A DNA stretch of 64,000 nt, from positions 62,001-126,000 of the forward strand of contig NZ_MWQY01000003.1 of assembly GCF_002087085.1 (NCBI RefSeq), given 5' to 3'. This document shows, piece by piece, positions 60,371 through 64,000 of the stretch (position 1 is its first letter; each line of letters starts with the position of its first letter). The notes under the pieces were generated by a model. That model made no database searches. It was not told the DNA's origin and worked only from the letters and a program-made list of their open reading frames with translations. Position numbers and translations under genes: made by a program.

Positions 60371-60543
60371 TTCCCCCACAAATTGTACTTGTCTTTAATT
60401 CTCAACATTGCCATGCTTTCGGCAACGTCGCGCTTTTTATCTCCGTCATATTCCATGATCGCTGCGCGTTCTTCCGTCTCTTCTGCGTGTTGCGGATACG
60501 TGCCTAAGAATTTACGGAATGCTACATTTAGAACCTTTGACAC
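60367..60543 (-). CDS. Small phage protein with EERAAIMEYDG motif (58 aa)
   Basis: Hand-translated MSKVLNVAFRKFLGTYPQHAEETEERAAIMEYDGDKKRDVAE...; not in ORF track. Confidence 0.65.
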   Translation of the reverse strand: MSKVLNVAFRKFLGTYPQHAEETEERAAIMEYDGDKKRDVAESMAMLRIKDKYNLWGK

Positions 60544-60737
60544 CCGCCGCCTACCTTGTATTTCTGCTTTTCCTCGTCGCTGAGTTTTAGAAATCCGGCA
60601 ATGTCATTGAGAAACTTTTCACCCCGGCGTTTGTATAATTCGCCGTCTTTTCTGATCGGCCATGGACCACCATAGCCGTATTCAAACGTCCAGCCGTTAA
60701 ACTCGTAAATCGTTGCGAAACACATAAACCCGCTCAT
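60528..60737 (-). CDS. Hypothetical phage protein
   Basis: GPWPIRKDGE; coupled ORF. Confidence 0.6.
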   Translation of the reverse strand: MSGFMCFATIYEFNGWTFEYGYGGPWPIRKDGELYKRRGEKFLNDIAGFLKLSDEEKQKYKVGGGCQRF

Positions 60738-60949
60738 GTGATAACCTCATAAATAGACTTGTGCTTATTCACATTGCGGATTATTCGCCCGGTCTTTTTG
60801 CGGTAGTCTCTGACGTAGCGCAAATAGGTGTCGGGATAATGTGTTTCATTCAGCATCCATTTGACCTTGAGATACAGGTCAAACCCGGTAAACCGTTCCC
60901 CTGGTTTGTAGGCGTCAAGGATTTGAAACGTTGCGGCTTTTGCGTTCAT
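60734..60949 (-). CDS. Hypothetical winged-helix-like protein
   Basis: YPDTYLRYVR...SIYEV; start moved to MNAKAAT. Confidence 0.55.
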   Translation of the reverse strand: MNAKAATFQILDAYKPGERFTGFDLYLKVKWMLNETHYPDTYLRYVRDYRKKTGRIIRNVNKHKSIYEVIT

Positions 60950-61082
60950 GAATAATCCCCCTGATTTTCTGGCTGATTGCAAAGATCGTCATGAGCGTGA
61001 AAGTTGAAATTGCAAGGCCCATGAAGAAGATTACAAAAATGTCAACTAAAACGCGTGCCGTCTGGTCAAGTAGTTCAATCAT
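60915..61082 (-). CDS. Small single-TM protein (55 aa)
   Basis: Hand-translated MIELLDQTARVLVDIFVIFFMGLAISTFTLMTIFAISQK... Confidence 0.5.
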   Translation of the reverse strand: MIELLDQTARVLVDIFVIFFMGLAISTFTLMTIFAISQKIRGIIHERKSRNVSNP

Positions 61083-61291
61083 TTTTCACGCTCCTTTAGC
61101 ATGGCATCGGCCATTGCGTAGCAAATTGCTGGAGTGGCCTTTTCTAATTCCTCATGCGTACCTTTTGCGGTCGCGTAACTCGTCATAAGGCCAGACAAAG
61201 CATGGGCGGCAAAATAATCGCGCAGGGTCATGCCATCACTTCCCTTGTCTCCTGGTGTCGGGAACGCCGGTCCGCCTGTTTCTTTACTCAT
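61079..61291 (-). CDS. Conserved small phage protein (GGPAFP / GMTLRDYFAA family)
   Basis: Motifs GGPAFP, GMTLRDYFAA, YAMADAMLKER. Confidence 0.8.
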   Translation of the reverse strand: MSKETGGPAFPTPGDKGSDGMTLRDYFAAHALSGLMTSYATAKGTHEELEKATPAICYAMADAMLKEREK

Positions 61292-61850
61292 AAATTACCC
61301 CCGGATTTTTCAAAAACTCGTAGTGAAGATGACCAACCTTACCGGCCGTCATTCCAGTATTTCCCATAATTCCAATGGTCTCACCCGCTGACACTTTCCA
61401 CCCCTCGTGGACGTAGGTAACGTCTAAATGCGCATACCTGCTTATTCCGTCGTCATGTAGGATCTCAATATAGCCGCCGTAAACTGGATGGCCTGCATAA
61501 TACCCATCAGGCGGTGGATAATGCGTTACGACAACACCTGATTTGACGGCGACTATTTCGGCACCATTCGGCGCTGAGTAGTCAGTACCGTAGTGGATAG
61601 CCGGCTTACCCGTGAAAGGCGATTCGCGAATTCCGAATTCACTTGTCAGCCAGTGTTTGCCTTTTATCGGGAATGTTGGTTTTTGCGCATTCTCTGGATG
61701 TATCATTTTTGATACATTGCTGACCTGCGCCATCGTCCCGGCTTCCGCTCCGCCCTGGGCCTGTTCCTTCGGGGCAGTCCATATTGCAAGTGACAGCGCC
61801 GCATTCAGGGCAAGGCTGATTATGAGACTTGGTAAAATCAATTTTTTCAT
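61284..61850 (-). CDS. M23 family metallopeptidase with N-terminal signal/anchor
   Basis: TSEFGIR, HYGTD (HxxxD), YAHL, HLHYE. Confidence 0.9.
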   Translation of the reverse strand: MKKLILPSLIISLALNAALSLAIWTAPKEQAQGGAEAGTMAQVSNVSKMIHPENAQKPTFPIKGKHWLTSEFGIRESPFTGKPAIHYGTDYSAPNGAEIVAVKSGVVVTHYPPPDGYYAGHPVYGGYIEILHDDGISRYAHLDVTYVHEGWKVSAGETIGIMGNTGMTAGKVGHLHYEFLKNPGVIYE

Positions 61851-62094
61851 TCTGTAACTCCTCGATATTTTCAAGGCACCTGATAACCATGGCGCCAGTC
61901 TGGATGAGTTCGTATTTCACTTTTTCGATATTATCCCCGTGGTAAACCGTGTTAAGCGCTGCCCGTATTGATTCCCCGGATTCTTCATTCATTACGCTTA
62001 CCATGTGGATTAAATCTTCCGGGAAATACGGATGCTTATTTTTTGCGTTGTATAATTCGTGTTCGATTAAGCGGTAGTATTGGTGGTGGCTCAT
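61639..62094 (-). CDS. MazG-like NTP pyrophosphohydrolase-fold protein (candidate)
   Basis: EESGE...ELIQTGA pattern; the tail overlaps the M23 gene. Confidence 0.5.
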   Translation of the reverse strand: MSHHQYYRLIEHELYNAKNKHPYFPEDLIHMVSVMNEESGESIRAALNTVYHGDNIEKVKYELIQTGAMVIRCLENIEELQNEKIDFTKSHNQPCPECGAVTCNMDCPEGTGPGRSGSRDDGAGQQCIKNDTSRECAKTNIPDKRQTLADK

Positions 62095-62723
62095 TTGTAA
62101 ATATTCTCCTGTATTTCCTTAACCTGGAACAATTCCGCCTGTGCTATGTGGCGCTTGTAGCGGTCCTCCTGTGCTTGCCAGTAGTCCTGGTCAAGTTCGC
62201 ATCCCTCGAAATCGAAGCCGAGATCATGGCAGGCGATGCGGATTGAGCCGCTTCCTACGTGGGAATCGAATATTGTCTGTCCTGGTTTTGCGTAGTTTTT
62301 CAAGATCCACTTATAGAGGGCTACGGGCTTTTGGGTGGGGTGGATGCGTTTTTCTTTTTGTGGCCGCATTCTAAAAAAACGTGCGCTTTGATTAAATGAT
62401 GTCCATGCATATTCCCCATCGGCAAAGCTTATACCTTGAGGTTGTTTTTTGTCCCAAATTAAAAAACATCTTGTTGGTTGTAAATTGTAATAATTACCGC
62501 CCCAAATTATTTGATTTTCACTTACCCTAAAAAGTTCATTGAAATATCTTTGGTCCGGTAAAAATAAATCCCATTTTTTACCAGCGCCACCATAATGCCC
62601 AAGCCTCCCTGAGCTGTTTATGTCTATCCCATACGGCGGATCAACAATCGCCAATTCATAGGCGTTATTGGGTAAGTCCTTCATGAACTCCATGCAGTCG
62701 CACAGGTGGACGATGTTTTTCAT
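62091..62723 (-). CDS. DNA amino-methyltransferase (beta class)
   Basis: DPPY, HPTQKPVALY, DSHVGSGS. Confidence 0.9.
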   Translation of the reverse strand: MKNIVHLCDCMEFMKDLPNNAYELAIVDPPYGIDINSSGRLGHYGGAGKKWDLFLPDQRYFNELFRVSENQIIWGGNYYNLQPTRCFLIWDKKQPQGISFADGEYAWTSFNQSARFFRMRPQKEKRIHPTQKPVALYKWILKNYAKPGQTIFDSHVGSGSIRIACHDLGFDFEGCELDQDYWQAQEDRYKRHIAQAELFQVKEIQENIYK

Positions 62724-63505
62724 GCGTTCACCCGCCTTCTATTTTTCCGTTCACAAAAAAGCGACGGCTGTGAAAAGGTCAAAATCTGTTCATTACATGC
62801 TTTGCAGAATTCTTTTTTTATCTCGAAACCGTACGCTCTCCGGTTCAGATTTTTAGCGGCCAATAAAGTTGTCCCGCTGCCAGCCACCGGGTCAATGACA
62901 ACTTCGTCCTCGTCGGTAAATAATTCAATCAGCCTTTCAAGAAGCTGTACGCTCTTCTGCGTCGGGTGTACTTTTGGCGTCTCGTTGTCCCTCGGGTACT
63001 CCATGCAGTTGAAAACCATGTTTCCATGATTGTTAAATTTCGGGAGTTTATCCCGGTAGAAAATCAACGCATATTCTGAATTACCCACAACGCGCATATT
63101 GGCTTTTAAAACCTGGGGGCTGTATTTCTTGTAAAAAACCATGTTGATGTATTTTGGAAAGCCGTGTTTTTTGGCAAGCTCGATCAGCCCGAATTGCTGC
63201 TCAAAGGAACAGAAAATAATCATGGCTCCTGCTTTGCCTTTTTCTTTTGGTTCTGGCTTGAGAAGTTTTCCGCAGAAATGGAAATACTCCGCTATCTTGA
63301 AATTCTTGTCAGTATCGAAAAACTGCTTCCCCGCAAGTTTTGATTCACCGTTTGCGTTATCCCCTCCCTCATACCACATTGGATTTGACGCATAGGCATT
63401 ATTCCCGAGATTGTACGGGATATCCGCAATTATTAACTGAGCCTTTGGAATCCCGTATAATTTATAGTTAGAAAAATGGTCGTTAAATAATTGTATTCTT
63501 TCCAT
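62720..63505 (-). CDS. DNA amino-methyltransferase (beta class)
   Basis: DIPY, HPTQKSV, DPVAGSGTT. Confidence 0.9.
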   Translation of the reverse strand: MERIQLFNDHFSNYKLYGIPKAQLIIADIPYNLGNNAYASNPMWYEGGDNANGESKLAGKQFFDTDKNFKIAEYFHFCGKLLKPEPKEKGKAGAMIIFCSFEQQFGLIELAKKHGFPKYINMVFYKKYSPQVLKANMRVVGNSEYALIFYRDKLPKFNNHGNMVFNCMEYPRDNETPKVHPTQKSVQLLERLIELFTDEDEVVIDPVAGSGTTLLAAKNLNRRAYGFEIKKEFCKACNEQILTFSQPSLFCERKNRRRVNA

Positions 63506-63553
63506 GTCCCCTCAATGCGCCCCGGAAAACCGGGGCTTTACCAACCTGGCCTA

Positions 63554-64000
63554 TTAAATGCGCTGACGGATATCTTTCCGGCAGATAACCTTAACGCCTT
63601 CTCCGAGAGCTTCTTGCGCTCGGTCTTTCATCGAACGTACCGCCGCGCCGATTGCTTTTGTGTCGGGGATGAGATATGCGGGGTTAATTTTTGCCTTATC
63701 GACAATCTCAAATTCCCATACGTCAACCGTGTAAGTGCCTTTTGCAAGTTCAGGCTCCGGCGGCTTAACGTACGTGATAGGCTTATCAAGGATTTCCTCT
63801 TCTCCTGTTTCGACTGCCTCGGCAAGTCTCCGCTCTTCTTCTTCGCGCCTTCGCCTTGCCTCTTCTTCTCTTCGCTGTCTTTCCTGCTCGGTAAGGTATG
63901 CGGATATCTGGCTTTTTACCGTTCTTTCAGCTTTTCCGAGTGGTACAGTAAAATGCTCAATTTTCTGGACAACAGCTTTCCGCTCTGCTTCGGCGGCCTT
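63554..64000 (-). CDS. Partial coiled-coil phage protein (Gp157/Gam-like candidate); 5' end outside the window
   Basis: Hand-translated ...QERQRREEEARRRREEE...WEFEIVDKAKINPAYLIPDTKAIGAAVR...*. Confidence 0.6.
   Translation of the reverse strand, partial: KAAEAERKAVVQKIEHFTVPLGKAERTVKSQISAYLTEQERQRREEEARRRREEEERRLAEAVETGEEEILDKPITYVKPPEPELAKGTYTVDVWEFEIVDKAKINPAYLIPDTKAIGAAVRSMKDRAQEALGEGVKVICRKDIRQRI

Larger units (their letters stand above)
29150..64000. mobile_element. Temperate myovirus-type prophage, probably integrated at the tmRNA 3' end; continues past the window
   Basis: Integrase, YopX, head, contractile tail, baseplate, terminase, replication and MTase genes directly after ssrA; no second att copy noticed in the window. 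Confidence 0.9.

Noticed and set aside
63519..63536. Hairpin GCCCCGG-AAAA-CCGGGGC as an early-operon terminator
   Set aside because: No U-tract follows on the coding (minus) strand; role unclear.
1..64000. CRISPR array, rRNA, tRNA or IS elements
   Set aside because: None recognised; the only tRNA-like structure belongs to tmRNA.

Overview
Bases 1-29.1 kb are a spirochaete (Spirochaetia-like) core-genome block, identified from a gene order that matches the known Borrelia/Treponema arrangement. It contains lptF/G-family permease, dut, pnp, rpsO, truB, rbfA, infB, nusA, rimP, comF, mutS, skp, bamA and tamB (minus strand), then tmk, queA-ruvBAC-yebC-hemW, a catalytically degenerate LepB, smpB and tmRNA (28796-29149). 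From ~29150 to the window edge is an apparently intact temperate myovirus-type prophage, most likely inserted at the tmRNA 3' end; the other att site is not visible. On the plus strand it carries a lipoprotein-yopX-integrase operon. On the minus strand it has lambda-type packaging genes (GpA terminase, gpW, portal), a ClpP-type protease, a Mu gpT-type capsid, a Mu-type contractile tail and baseplate, two fibre/adhesin modules, lysis functions scattered over several loci, a replication initiator with internal repeats and two DNA methyltransferases. The most unusual observations: (1) a small tail-fibre-linked protein and the adjacent lipoprotein share a motif, suggesting a membrane-anchored decoy or exclusion paralogue; (2) a second fibre module with an apparently reversed domain order, plus a possible -1 frameshift fusion to an exported protein; (3) a C39 peptidase and holin-like gene inside the head operon; (4) a zinc-ribbon regulator upstream of a possibly leaderless late promoter; (5) a host signal peptidase I lacking both catalytic residues. 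All calls come from reading motifs and synteny by eye; no searches were run.
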